A DNA stretch of 62,000 nt from Vicugna vicugna (GCA_013265495.1 MU057744.1:620001-682000), one strand, 5' to 3'; positions 1 through 13,115 are shown, numbered from the stretch's first letter. The notes: a model not told the origin generated them from the sequence alone. Numbers and translations are program-made.

Positions 1-299
1 TAACTAATCTTGCCCCTGCTGTTAAGATACCTGTGTTGTGTCTATTGCTTTCTCAGAAATATATTTAAAATGTTATTTTCCCCCAGAGAAATTAAAATCA
101 ATGGTATTATCCTCTTCTCTATTACCATCTAGTAAAAAGAAACAAATTAACAGATAAATAAATGGTAAAAAGAATCTGACATGGGATGGGAACATTTTTT
201 TGGTGTTAAACTAAAATGAAGTCCTAGGATAGAATAAAGGGTAAAGACATTCAAAAGCATGCAATATGAAAAAAAATTTATACACACACGCACACAAAC

Positions 300-2382
300 C
301 TTGATTTAAGTAGGGTAGGTAGGGTTTTTAAATAAATCTGAAGCACTTCCTGGGGCAGACACTGATGATGATGGCTGCACACATGAGTCTGTGCTGAAGT
401 AATGCCGAGCTGTTGACAGTGATGTGCTAGTCTGACTCCCCTTTGGAGCACAGGATTAAAGATGTAGTTATACAGTTTCCACTGAACAACTACATTGCCT
501 TTCTGGATTAAACTGCAGATGTGATTTGCAATCTGTACACTCTGTAACCTGTCTTCCTCAAAAACAAAGTTCTGATAGGCCGCTAAGGCATCCCATTTCC
601 ACAGCAAGTCTTCAGCGCCGCTGCTGGGCAGGATCCCTTGACACCTGTAAGAAGGACTGGATAAACCTGACGAAGGTTCGGCAGCACTGGAGTCTCCCTG
701 CAGGGTCTCTTCTAACTTGGCGAGCTGATCAGCGTCCACGGTACAAATATTGCAAGCTGCCTTCTTGATTTTTTGTGGTATCTCGGCTCCTCCTAACTGA
801 TCCAAAATTAGTTTGTTAAGAATATTCAGTATATGCTGCTGAAAGTTTTTCAGCGCTGGCAACTTAAAAGCGTGGAGCAAAGGAATGATCACGGACTTGG
901 GGTCCATGCAACAGCAGATGCCGATGCTCTGAACCCCTGACAGGATGTGGACGCACGTGCTGCTCAGGGAGGCCTGCTGCAGGACGCGCAGGCACCGGTG
1001 CGCGCACACGGCGATGCAGCAGCACCGCTCCGGGTAATAAACGTCGCCATCTGCCGTCTCTTCGAATGGGTTTTTGGAAACCTGGTTTTTAAAAGCCGAC
1101 ACCAGAAGACCTGAGAGATCTCTGTGGTGATGCATAAAGTGGGAATATTCACAACGCCTGTGCCTTCTCCTTGTACACATCGACTGGTGAAGCTGCTCTG
1201 ATTTCACTTTTTTGACAGTGCTCATAATTTTCATCACGCTATTTATTAGGGCTTTCAGATGTTCTGAGGCCTCGGGAGGGACTCCCTCTCTTAAAACCAG
1301 CCATTCCATCTGAAGAACTGCTGTTTCAAATAAATTAAATCCGTGATGCTGAATGAACTCTTGAACCAGATCCATGGCCTGACTGAAGAAGAAAGGGTTT
1401 GAGGCTGCACTTTGAAGACTACAGATCAGAATCTGGAGAACTCCTTCCAGAAGCTCGGGCAGAAGAAGGGCTCTGTGGCGGTACCTGGGAAACACAAAGT
1501 CCTCCTGAACCTCCCGTAGTGTTTTCTTTTGTCTCGGTGCAAAAGGGTCAGGCTGCTTTTCTAGGCAGGTTCTAATTTTTAAAGCTGCTCTAAGCAATTC
1601 GGTTAAATTTTTTCTGAGACTTTCTGGCATTGTCTCTGCGGTACTAATATCTACCGACATGAGATGCAACACCGTGCGAAAAAGCATCCGTTGAATCAAA
1701 GCCACGGGTTCTTCGGTCCAACCCGCAGAAACCATCTGACTCTCCAAACTGTCGCTGAGATCACGGCAGTCCCCAAAACCTGCTAGGAACTCGGTCAGTG
1801 TCGGCACTACACTGGCTGCTAGGGCAGAACTATGATTCAAGGTAATGTCAAACTTACAAACTTTCTCTAATAAGGATAACAAAACATGACACAGGTCAAA
1901 TGGAGAATTGCTCATGTGCCTGATAATAGACAAGGCAGCCGACTCACTTAAAATGTCAGTGTTTGACTCCTGTCTTGGAATGGTCTCCCTGGAATTGTCC
2001 AGAGCCATGGCAGCAGGAGGAACCTGCTCTTCTTTGGTTGATGAGCGGTCAAGCTCAGCGGTGAGGAGGTCTTCTTTAGGAGACTGGGTTACCAAACGCT
2101 GCAGCAGGTGGGACCTCCTGTGCTTACTCACTGCCACACTCTTGTCATCTGAATTGGCTTCCGAGTCAGAGGTGGAGAGCTGGGTCTTTCTCGCGTCTCT
2201 TACAGAATAGCGCTGGGTAGTTTTACGCTGTCTTCTGCTTTTTTGAAAAACGTTTACTTTTGCAGAAACCTGACCAGCTGGGGCACTTCCTTCTGAATAT
2301 ACTTTTTCCTGAGTAGATCTTTGAGAACTAGAGCTCTTTTCTTTGGTCAGGATGATATCAGCTGAGAACGGCAGGTTAAAAT
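300..2382 (-). CDS. LYST: LYST large coding exon (third coding exon, 2083 nt); N-terminal ARM/HEAT-like region
   Basis: Translation [16 protein letters not shown]...[20 protein letters not shown]...[12 protein letters not shown] is recognisable LYST. Acceptor ttcgttAG lies at 2383-2384 and donor AG|GTTTGT at 298-299. Phase is consistent with the upstream 91-nt exon (G+AT=Asp). The first ~28 aa and last few aa of ORF 278..2467 are intronic. Confidence 0.97.
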
Positions 2383-4063
2383 CTAACGAAATGAAGAAAG
2401 AAAATTTAGAATAGCTCACTATGGTGCGAAACTCAATTTGCATAGGTGAGTCCCTCTTATTTACCATCCACTCTAGGTGTGTACCCTCAGTATATTTTTA
2501 TTACAGCACTGATTTCCTTTAGCGCTTTGCTGGTTCACTTCCTCCCCACACCTGTCCTGCTCATAGTAAGTACCAGGTGGCATTAGTTCAAAGGACACAA
2601 ACTGATTTTGAAAACAACAAAGGAGAAGAGAATTAGGAAAGCAGTGCTGGCACGTGGCACTACCACCCCTACCACTGTACGGACCTCCAGTGATGCCATG
2701 AATTAAGACGCAGGGGTATATTAGTCTCAAAAACAGTGTTTTGTTCGTAGCCCTGATACACCTTGGGAACAGGAAGATTCTCCAAAGTCACACAACAGTA
2801 CCAATGTCCTCCAAGACTGAGGTTAAAAGAGTTATGCGTTTGAAACATTCACTGCATGTGCTCCACACTGACCAGGCACAGGCACGTCCCTGTTTCATCC
2901 TCGGTGCCTGGGACCAGGGCCTGCCATGTGGTCACCGCTCAATACCTATTTCTTGGGGAAATGAAGAAACCTCCATACTGATGAAAGAGATAATGAAATT
3001 GGTCTTTCCGTTTGCAATAATAGGGAATAAAATCTATATGAAACATAGAGTTGCAATTTAGAATGAACAAATTAAAATCTGTAAATAAAAGGTTTGTGCT
3101 TTAACTAAAAGAGGCAGGGATGGGGTGGGGTGTGCTTAAAAGGAGTCTGACAAATTACATGCAGGCAAAAGATACAGGCAATGAAGACAGCTTCCCCCAA
3201 AAGATCACTAATTAGATTTCTTGAGTAATTAATTTGTGAATTCTACAAACTCAGAAGAAAATAAGGGCAGAGTTGGTGAGTCAATAAACAAGCAGGATAA
3301 CATTGTAAGACCTTAGATAACGCCTTAAAAAGAAAGCTCCACATCAGAGATGCATTAAAATGCATAGATGGCATTAAAATACAACGTAGGAGGCTTTTTG
3401 TGTTTTGTTTTTAACCCGAGAGACGCAGAAGCACCTCACAAGTCTCACATTCCAGAAACGGTCACGGGGGGAACTGCGAACTCTGCCACTGAGACATCTA
3501 AACTAAGTTTCATACACTTATTATGCTATATATGTACATTTTTTTTTCTGAATCAGAATTCTTATCAGAATCTAATCAGAAAACCGTAAGTGTAATAATT
3601 CTACCCAGTCCTGAAACAAAATATTACTTCAAATTTATCCTTTAAAAGCAAAATTAAAAAAAAATGAAACTGCAAAAGCCATTGATTGAGTGCTGGTAAG
3701 AAAAAGAAGTCTTTAAAATAAGTAAGGAAGCTTTCATTTCTTTCTTCAAACTTTTACCCTGCACTTAGCGAGCGTCCGTTTGCGCATCTGGACACACGTC
3801 TCCTGCCAAGTGCTCCACCTCTGCGTGTTATTTGCTAATCGTCGCTGCATCCAAATCCCCTGAGAAGCACCATGGTTTTCGTTTTATTGGAAGAAATAAA
3901 GATGTATTTGCCTAGAGAATTTTTCACGTTAAGTAGCACACTAATACGTGCTGTTCTGAACCTGAACTGTATCAGCCGTTACGTCAGAAGTAGCTCTTCA
4001 ATGAGACTTTCCCCCAGTGGAACTCTGATAAAACAAGTAGTATGAGAAAGAAAACAAACATAC

Positions 4064-4154
4064 CAGCTGCCTTCTCCTCTTGAACAGGGATCTTCCAGAC
4101 CAGGGGGAGCAGCGACAGAAGCAGGGTAAGGAGTTCTTCCCTACATGTCAATGC
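4064..4154 (-). CDS. LYST: LYST second coding exon (91 nt; [30 protein letters not shown])
   Basis: Read directly from the minus strand (absent from the ORF track). Acceptor ttctaatccAG at 4155-4156, donor G|GTATG at 4062-4063. It joins the flanking exons in frame. Confidence 0.96.
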
Positions 4155-6094
4155 CTGGATTAGAAATAAGAGAATCCTTTATGTTCCAAGGTCATAAAAC
4201 AGTAATGCCTAATATCTTTTCTTAAACTGAATTTTAAAAAATCCTTTTTCTTGAGAAGGAAGAATCAAATTAACCTATCTCAAATCCAGTTAAAGCTGAG
4301 ATACTTTGCAGTTTATAAACCTTTCCAATGACAGAAGAATGTAACAGTCTTTGATGGTATTTAGCACATTCTTGCTGATTTTTTCCAAAATAGCTGTTAT
4401 TATCACCATGCACACTGTAAGAATTCCTCACCCATGAAAAAACACGTTCGCTAGGTGGAAATGACAAGTTAAGCCCTATTAATTAGCAAACCAGTAACGT
4501 AAGTTACAAGAAGAAACCCATAAAAACTTCATGCAGTTAAATTTAAAACTCAGAGAACACAATTTTAAAAGGAGAAACGGACATTATTAATAAAATAATA
4601 TATATGAAGAGAGAAAGACTTATTAGTGAAGGTCATCCAATAATTATTTGTTGACAGCACACGCTTTCCACACCACTTACTGCCTTACCCTTCCCGGAGG
4701 CTATGGTCCAAGCCCTGGAGAAGCTCCCCTCATTTGGTCCATAAAACATACACACAAAACAGTCAAAGAACAACAGAAGGCATGTAGTGTGAGTAAGTTC
4801 CCGGGTGTGGCACAGGCACTCAGGGCAGGGGCTCCGGCAAAGCAGCCGTCATTACCGGCCAGCGGTGTAGAAGTGCTAGGCTGGGGACGTCTGGGACACG
4901 GGTGGCCAAGGAACTAATGGCAAATCAGTCACATCGGTCAGTGGGGAGGGGTCCAGGTGGTCCAATCAGATTTGCTTGTTGGAGAAACCACTTCAGCCAC
5001 TATACAGAGGACAGAATTAGGGGGAAGGGACTGACCAGTGACAGAGGCAGGGAAATCATAACCTCCATGAGTGACGGTAACGCTGAAAAGAAGGAAACAT
5101 ATCTGAGCAGCTGTAAGGGAGAACTGAAGAGACTTGCAGCTGACTAGCTATGGGGTTTATGGGAGAGGAAAAAAGATCTAAAAGAACTGGAAGGTTTCTG
5201 GTTTGGGCCAGTAGGTAACTAATAATATACCCACCAAGACAGGAAATTTAGCAGTGGCATTAGGCTGGGGTAAAGATGACAGAGTCATGGTTTAGACATA
5301 GAGACTGTGAGATGTCTGTAGGACATGCAAATGAGAGCTCTTTTTAGTAAACAGCTGGATATCCAGACCTGGAGCTTAAGACAAAGCTGTGAAGTAAACA
5401 AAAAGACTTGGGAGTCCCTGGGGCCGAGTCAAGGCCATGTGTGAGATCTGCTAGCGGGAGTATGCTGGACAAGAGACGGCGGTGGACGATGGGGACGCAG
5501 CTCCCCCAAAGACGAGAACAAGAAATGCCAAGGGAAGAGAGCAGTGCAGGGAGAAAGGTCAAGAGCTGCTCTTCTTTAATTGTGCAAGATGATGGCAGAA
5601 AAGCATTTAGCAAGAAGAGGGTCACGGGTGGCCTTAACAAACGTGCCTTTAATGGAGTGATCAGGGCATGAGTATGATCACGTCAGGCTGAGGAGCGGAG
5701 GGGAAGGAGGATGCAGAGACGCGGCTTGCAGACTGCTCCTTCCTGGCGTTGTCCTGGTTAGGAGAAGGCTGGAAATCCTGCAGAAGTAAACCCCGAACTC
5801 CTCGCAGGCTTCGGAGACCCTCGGGGACATGCTCGTTGTTGCCTGGTCCACACCCCCCTGCCCCTTCCCCACACGTCCAGCTAGTGAGGGTTTCCTGACC
5901 ACCGTGGTCCTGGTATTGCTTCAAACATTCTCCTCACTTACTCTGCCCTGTCATTCCATCACCATTCTCCCACCTGCCAAATGTCAACTCATCCCTCAGG
6001 TCTTCTATAACCCCAGATCCAGTTAGGTTTCATGTCCCTGCTCCCCTACAGCAATCAACTAGCTCGACTGTTGATGTCTGAATGCCCATTTTCC

Positions 6095-6620
6095 TCTTTC
6101 ATTCATTCAACAAATATTTACTGAGCCCTTACTACGGGCCAGACACTTTGGATGTAGTGGTGAACAAGGAAGACAATACTCACATCCTTACAAAGCTGAC
6201 ACTCTAGCATGGGAGACACAAAATCATGGGTAGAGATAAGAAAATTTCAGACAGAATGCTGTGCTATGGAGAAAATTAAACAGGAGAGGGTTACAGACTG
6301 ATGAAAGGGGGACATTTAAACAGGCAGGTCAGGATGGGCCACTTGAGCAGGACTTGATTGATGAGAAGGAAGAATGCGTGCAAAGACTTGGAGGAAAAGG
6401 GCTCACAGGAAGTATACAAAGGGTTGGGGATGGATTTGACTTTTTCACAGACCAGCAAGCAGGCCAGTGTGACTGGACCATCGCACGGGGAAAGCGCTGG
6501 GAAACGAGGCTGGAAGGGGTAGGTCAGCGAGGTGAACGGTGCCAGGTCCAACACAGCCCTGTGGGTCATGCGAAGGAGTTTGGATCCACCTCTAAATACA
6601 ATAGGAAACTTTTCCAAACA
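6095..6620 (-). mobile_element. LINE-2 3' part
   Basis: ttcattcattcaacaaatatttactgagc is the canonical L2 tail in antisense. Confidence 0.8.
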
Positions 6621-6908
6621 CTTCTCAGTCATTTCTCAGAGCATGGACTCCAGGGCTCAGGCCCTAACCCTTAGCAGTCACCTCCCTTTCCTGCCATTCA
6701 ATGCCTGGCGAACTGTTGGGCGTTCATAAACACTACCTGCATGAATGACTTTGAATTCTGGAAGAACTTCAAAGAAGAAAATTGTGTCAAAGGGCCCCAT
6801 TTCCAAGTGCTTTACTTCAAAATTAGCAAGACTAAAGGTGTTGAGATAACATTTCCATGTATAGCGCAGACTCAGTATGTACCTCCACGGTGTTTTTAAG
6901 ACCCCACA

Positions 6909-7045
6909 GGGAGGGTACAGCTCAGAGCTTAGCATGTATGAGCTCCTGGGTTCAAGCCCCAGTACCTCCATTAAAATAAATAAATACATAAATAAACCTA
7001 ATTACTCCCTCCCAAAACAAACAGAAACTTATTTAAAAAAAAAAG
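6909..7045 (+). mobile_element. tRNA-derived SINE (camelid vic-1 type), with internal deletion
   Basis: gggagggtacagctcag...cctgggttcaagccccagtacctccattaaaataaataaa...cctaattac. Confidence 0.85.
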
Positions 7046-7599
7046 GACATCAGAAAAGGATACATGGTCTTTAAAACAAAAAAAAAGTAAACCAACTTTG
7101 AGCATGTCACTCCTCCTGACATGAGTTTCTCTTTAGCAGATGAACTAGTAACATTCCGATGGAGCTGCTGAAACCTCAGCGGGGTGTGAAGAAGTGCTAG
7201 GGACACGCTGTGCTTGCTACTCAGCCCGGCTCCACAGCAGGACACTGGCAAAGCCCCGGCGCTGCGTGAGCGTGAGCAGCAGCCCTGGCCCTGGCCCCTC
7301 CTGCCCACGCCGCTGGTGGCCCCCCTGCTCTCTCCGGGGGGCTTCTCTTCCAGCACCACCCCATGATGTCTTTTCTCCCCTCTCAGGACTTCGTATCTGT
7401 TGCCACCATCTCTTGAAGTGAGTTAGTTCTTGGAAACCATGGGCCTTTCAAAAGAATGAGACTGAAGCAAGCACGGGTGTTTCGTCTAGCTAGAATCGCA
7501 GCCCTGAGGAGGACGGCCCTGAGGGCCCAGCTGCCAGTGCAACAGCCGGGGGACAGTGCCTGACTTCACAGTCAATCACAACCACCTACCCTTTCACCA

Positions 7600-8060
7600 G
7601 CGATCACAGGCCTAGATATTTACCCAGAAGAAATGAAAATATATTCACACAAAGACATCACCCAAATGGTTAAACGCCAGGTGAATGGTTAAACAAACTG
7701 TGGTATCTCCACACAACAAAATACTCTTCAGAAACAAACAGCAGTGAACTCCTGACTATGCGGCAGGAATGGAGCTCCGAGACACAGGAGCACGTGCTCA
7801 TGACTGTGCTTCCGTGACCCTCCAGAACAAGCAACGCCACACTCAGGTGCTTAAGCCGGAACAGCGGTTGTTGAGCAGGGGCAAGGGGAGTGGCCGACTG
7901 AGAAGGGAATGAGATAGAACTTTCTCAGGTGGTGGGAAGGTTCTAACCACTGATCTGGGTGCTGGTTACAGAGTATATATATTTGTCAAAACTCACCCAA
8001 CAATACATTCAACATCTGTGCATTTACTATATGGAAACCAATAAAAAGTCTACTTAATTT
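7600..8060 (+). mobile_element. Old L1M 3' fragment
   Basis: tatttacccagaagaaatgaaaatatattcacacaaagac ... atttgtcaaaactca are typical of L1MB/L1MC 3' regions. Confidence 0.7.
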
Positions 8061-8212
8061 ATATTAAAATCTATTGATAAAGCAAGAGTATTCAGTAGGA
8101 GGGCAAGACCTTAAAACGACTCTTCTCCAGAGTATCCAAGGGTTTCAACTCACGAGACACCCAGATAGAAAAGCTGAAGCTCCTCCCGAAATGTACAGCT
8201 TTGAATCTAGTG

Positions 8213-8362
8213 GGGTTTTTCCTTTTCTTTTTTCAATTTTGTAATTTTATTTTTTTTATTTAGTTATAGTCAGTTTACAATGTTGTGTCAATTTGCAGTG
8301 TAGATCACAATTCTTCAGTTATATATGAACACATATAGTCATTGTCACATTCTTTTTCACTG
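8213..8362 (-). mobile_element. Very short LINE-1 3' end with TSD
   Basis: T-rich tail plus agttatagtcagtttacaatgttgtgtcaatt, the same 3' end as the 19078 element. TSD TGAATCTAGTG at 8202-8212 and 8363-8373. Confidence 0.85.
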
Positions 8363-8649
8363 TGAATCTAGTGTTTTGACTCCATTTTAATGATTAAATC
8401 TTGCACAATTAAATTCCCTTAAAGAACCAAATGATCATTCGCCATTTTCTGGCTTGAACAATTAAATCTTGGTAAGTCCTATTTTTTTAACAGCTATTTG
8501 AAAAATACTCCTACTTCTACTGTTACTACTGTCGTTGCTACAGATACGCCACAAAGCGAGCGACCACGGGAAAAGAGGGCATTGAAAACACTGCCGCTGG
8601 AAAAATGCTGTTGCATTTATGAGCTGAATGATTTCAACCATTTAACAGC

Positions 8650-8908
8650 ACATTCAAAGATATCCCACAACTTAAAAGAGGAAGGTGAGTGAAAGTTGAC
8701 GAGTGTTTGCTTAGGGCCAAGGGGGATGGGAGGGAAAGGGGAGTGATGGGTAAAAGGCAGGGGGTTTCTATTTCAGATGATGAAAATGTTCCAAAATTGA
8801 CTGTGGTGACAGCTGCACATACATGTGATGACATAAAAAGGCGCTGAACTGTACATCTGAAACAGGTGGATTCTATATGTGAATTATATCTTAGTAAAGC
8901 TGTCATCC
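8650..8908 (+). mobile_element. Old L1M 3' end
   Basis: gggtttcta...gatgatgaaaatgttccaaaattgactgtggtga...gtgaattatatc...taaagctgt. Confidence 0.7.
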
Positions 8909-8923
8909 AAAAAAGCTATTGAG

Positions 8924-9594
8924 CTTCCTCTTTCTCTTCCGGTCCCAGGTGATTTGGGATCTCCCGGCTCCGGTGCAGACATGGCCAACTCGAAGAACCA
9001 CACCACACACAAACAGTCCCGAAAATGGCACAGAAACGGCATCAAAAAACCCCGACCACAACGATACGAATCTCTTAAGGGGGTGGACCCCAAGTTCCTG
9101 AGGAACATGCGCTCTGCCAAGAAGCACAGCAAGGAGGGCCTGAAGAAGATGCAGGCCAACAACGCCAAGGCCACGAGCGCACATGCTGAGTCTGCCAAGG
9201 CTCTCGGAAAGCCCAAGGAGGCCAAGCTCAAGATCCCACAGGGTGACAGCCGCAGGCTCAGTTGACTTGCCTGCACTGCTCACCCCAAGCTTGGGAAACA
9301 TGCTCGTGCCCTCATTGCCAAGGGTCTCAGGCTCTGTGGGCCAAAGGCCAAGGACAAGGCTCAGACCAAGCCGCAGCTTCAGCTTTAGCTGCAGCTGCAG
9401 CTCAGGCTCAGGTTCTGGCTCCCAAAGGCGCCCAGGCCCCACAGAGGCTCCAGACTAGAGGCTTTCATCTACTGATGTGAGGATATAAGGACTAGTGTGA
9501 CCCCGGGACTGCTGTCTGCTTGGGGCTCATGTCTACCTGTGCTGTTTGTACAAATAAACCTGAGGCAGGATCTGTCAGTCAAAAAAAAAAAAAA
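8924..9594 (+). pseudogene. RPL29: RPL29 processed pseudogene, full length, antisense to LYST
   Basis: 5' TOP-like cttcctctttctcttcc, then ATG at 8981 ([44 protein letters not shown]). Premature TGA at 9263-9265 and two later frameshifts. AATAAA at 9553-9558, poly(A) at 9581-9594, 15-bp TSD AAAAAAGCTATTGAG at 8909-8923 and 9589-9603. Confidence 0.97.
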
Positions 9595-9603
9595 GCTATT
9601 GAG

Positions 9604-9830
9604 ATTTTGATTGGGATTGCATGAGAATCTACAGATCAATTTGGAGAAAACAAATATACTTACAATATTGATTTTTCCCAACACATGAAACTTACGCAAT
9701 TCTGCCTTTACTTGGGTCTTCTTTAGTTTCTCTCAACAACATTTTTATAGAATTTTATACAGAGACCTGTACATAATTTATCAGATTTATTCCTGGGTAA
9801 CTGATATTTTTGATGCTACTTACATAGCAT
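9604..9830 (-). mobile_element. Old L1 ORF2 fragment
   Basis: ttttgattgggattgcat...atctacagatcaatttggagaaaa... matches antisense L1 ORF2. Confidence 0.7.
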
Positions 9831-11154
9831 CTTAAAAAAAAAAGAGAAAGTGCTGAATTGTCCTAATGTGAGGTCAGAAAATGAACAGAACATGATATGC
9901 ATATTAAATCATCAAAATTCTAAAATAAAAAACCACTGCAAGTGGTCTAACAAATTTTTTTTCTGATTTTAAAATGTATTGATAGAAAAGTCACACAAAT
10001 ATATAAAAATTAAATTACAATTAGTCACACATTTAATAAATCACATTCAGGAAAAAGAATAAAAATACCTAAGCCTACGTGACAGTATAAATCAATGCCA
10101 CCCCAACAAAAACATATAAACTTCACAAATACCTGCAGATACTCTGGAAAATCCATGATGCTTCCTGATTTATATTTGTTAAGTTCCTTAGCTTACAGTG
10201 AAAATAGATAACGCATAGTTTTGCTATCTGTATTTACCCAATATATGTATTTATTAGAGAAGTGCTTTTATAGTAAAGAAATTTCCTTTTGCAATGATTA
10301 AGTTTATATTGAAAGCCAGTGACATTTAAAGGGGTTTAAGCTGTCCGTCACATTGCTGCTACAGAGCCCTGTTATGTTTTCAGTTCAAGTTAACTGAGAT
10401 ACTACTATCTAACTGTACATTAATTAGTAGACGGTGAAAGCAGATGGTGGATTTTTTTTCATAAAATACACATCTGTTTTCTACTAAAATAAAATAAAGA
10501 TGTAAATCACATTTGGGCTTCAAGTTAACCTTGTTTGAGTTACTTAATGTTTCTGGACCTCAGTCTTTCATCTACAAAACGATGTTACATGGAAGTCTCT
10601 CCGTCGTCTCAACCAGCTTTAAAACTGCTAATTCTAGAATAAGGAAGCAGCAAAACACCACATGGTGTCACCATCGTTTCAGCAAACACAGTAATGTACG
10701 AAAAGCCAGATGAATGCAAGACAAAGGACTCAGTAATTGTTCGTTTTCAAAAGGATTCTCTACTTTCACCCCAGAATGGGCAAGCTCCCTAAATATAATT
10801 TACACTAAACTTTTCAAAAACATGTGATTTTTTTGAAAGTGCAAATTCATGATGCTTCTGAATTGTAACCTTATCTCCACTAATCATAGTTATTTCACAC
10901 TGATATTAGGACAAAAAGCATAGTATATATGAAACCATTTTAGAAGAAAGATCATTAGTAACTGTGAGATATTAAAGACATTGTGGAAAGTATCCAAATA
11001 AATAATATGTTCATAAATGGAGCTACCTTCCCTTGAATGATGTGAGAGGACTTTATCTCAAAGAGATTCTCAGACACTGTGTAACCCAGAAATTGTGTAT
11101 CTATAATTAACTAAAATATACTGATGGAAAAGTTATTTGACATGAAAATGTTAC

Positions 11155-11346
11155 CTGGTCAATGATAGAATTTAGCCTGGTCAGTAACAGAAATCCTCGG
11201 CCATGGACAAGGTATTGTCCAAGGGCTGCCATGTGCGTCTCCTCCTCCTCCTCCTCCCTGGCCTCCACTCTCTGGACCACTGCATTGCAAAGCCGGTTGA
11301 CATCGGTCAGAAACTCACGTGCCAAGGAGTTACTGTCAGTGCTCAT
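11155..11346 (-). CDS. LYST: LYST first coding exon, CDS part (192 nt; exon spans 11155-11353 with 7 nt of 5'UTR)
   Basis: [39 protein letters not shown]...NSIIDQ is the LYST N-terminus. ATG at 11346, acceptor cttacAG at 11354-11355, donor CAG|GTAAC at 11153-11154. Confidence 0.97.
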
Positions 11347-13115
11347 GACTGAGCTGTAAGATAAACATGACAAAAAAGATTAGAGAAACAAAAATTTATG
11401 TTTAAAACTATGTGTTTTTGCTGCTGTTTGTTTTTAACTAAAGACTGACTTTAAATTACAGAGCATTGGCACCTAACCTTATCAAATTTCCAGACATAGC
11501 TCCGAGTCGGCCAGGTGCTCCGTGAGTATTCCTGCAGGGCGGGAATGAGCCCCAGTGTGAAGCGCCTGAGCAAAGCCAAGCAGGGATACGGGAGAGCACC
11601 TGCAGAGGAGATGCCAGTGGGTGGTGGAGGTTACGGCAGATGCTGACTTTCCCTCTTAAAGAGCCTCACCGTAGAATAAAAATAAACCCACTACTTACAA
11701 AAATTCATGCTGTACATGCTCTGAAAGATAAACGGATCCTTTAAAAATATAAACTGTTTTTCCCATGATAGAATCCACAGTCACTGGCCCACCTTCCCAG
11801 AGTTCAGTTAATGGTTGGGTGGGGGGTGGGCAGAGAGGAAGGATCTACCACCAGGTGACTCAAAATAGAAGAATGCCAGCAGCTCACCTTAGGCCAGTTC
11901 ATTTCTTGCTACACATCCGAATCAAATACAGGGCAGTGTATTTAGTGTATTAGGATTAAGGACAACAGTAAGGTAAAGCAGACAAAAGAGAGCAGAAACA
12001 CAAATACAAAGAAAAGAATGAATAAACCTCCAGAAAAGGAAAAAGCATGAACAACAAAATCCCCAAAGGATTTCAAAATAGTTTCACCTTAGGGTTAAAA
12101 GTAATTCTAAGACACTGAGTAACCCTGAGAACTTTTTAACCTAAGAGGTTGAATTAAATAAAATGTGTACTGCAGTCTTCCTTCCCCCACGGTGACGGGG
12201 CCCTTCGGCGGACCCTGCTGAGAAGGCAGTGGCCACGGGACTGTGCCACTGCCGAGGGGCACTGCCAGTCTCCGGGCCTCCGCCGACCGACACGCACTGA
12301 CTCAGGGTCAGCTGCAAGATGTGACTTGTGTGGGGCAGCCTGCAAAGAGGGACTGGCCAACCACGCTTTCTCTCTCTCAGAGGAATCTGAATTAAGGGAC
12401 GTAACTATGCTGAGAAGCCCCACAGAGATAGGCCTGTGCTGGTCACTATGAGGTAGCTGAGGGTCAGAAGAAGCCACCTCGGTGAAAACTAACCAAGAGG
12501 ATGCAAAGAGAAATAGATAAACATGAAAGGGAGAGACCAAAGAAATGCCTAATACTACTTCGGTTCCTATTCATTCTAGGGCCTGATGGTTTAACTCCTG
12601 GATTCCCATCAGAATTCCAGGTATTGTTACAACAACAGTTCCCTCTAACATAACAAGTACCATTATTTTCAATACTGAACATTTAGAAAAAGAAAAGTTT
12701 AAAAAATGTACATAACTCATTATCCCAAAAGGCAGCAATAATCTCTATTATATATAATATTACTTCTTCATCAGCTTTCATAAAGTAAAATTGTTCAACA
12801 AATCAAAGAACCCAATTTATATTCAGTCCATATTTATCCAACTTTATTAATTGATTTCACCTAGTCTGTCATTGATTTTAAGATACATAATATTTAGTGT
12901 ACCACTATGAAAGAAAAAAACACCTGCCAATTACACTATAACCGAATGCTTTCTTATCACTTAGAATTTTCCATACAATATCATCTCCTGGGCCACCAAG
13001 ATCATCCACCATGCAACATCTAAAGTTCCAACACAAAACCAGTGGCCAATACTCATATTTGATGTATGAAACAGCCAACAAATTTCCTCAATCTCAAGAG
13101 CACACTAAAAAATAC

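Noticed and set aside
2383..2467. N-terminal extension [13 protein letters not shown]... of the 729-aa ORF
   Set aside because: Intronic: it includes the polypyrimidine tract and AG acceptor; the true upstream sequence comes from the spliced exons.
8884..9442. Minus-strand ORFs of 130 and 179 aa
   Set aside because: Antisense shadows of the RPL29 retrocopy.
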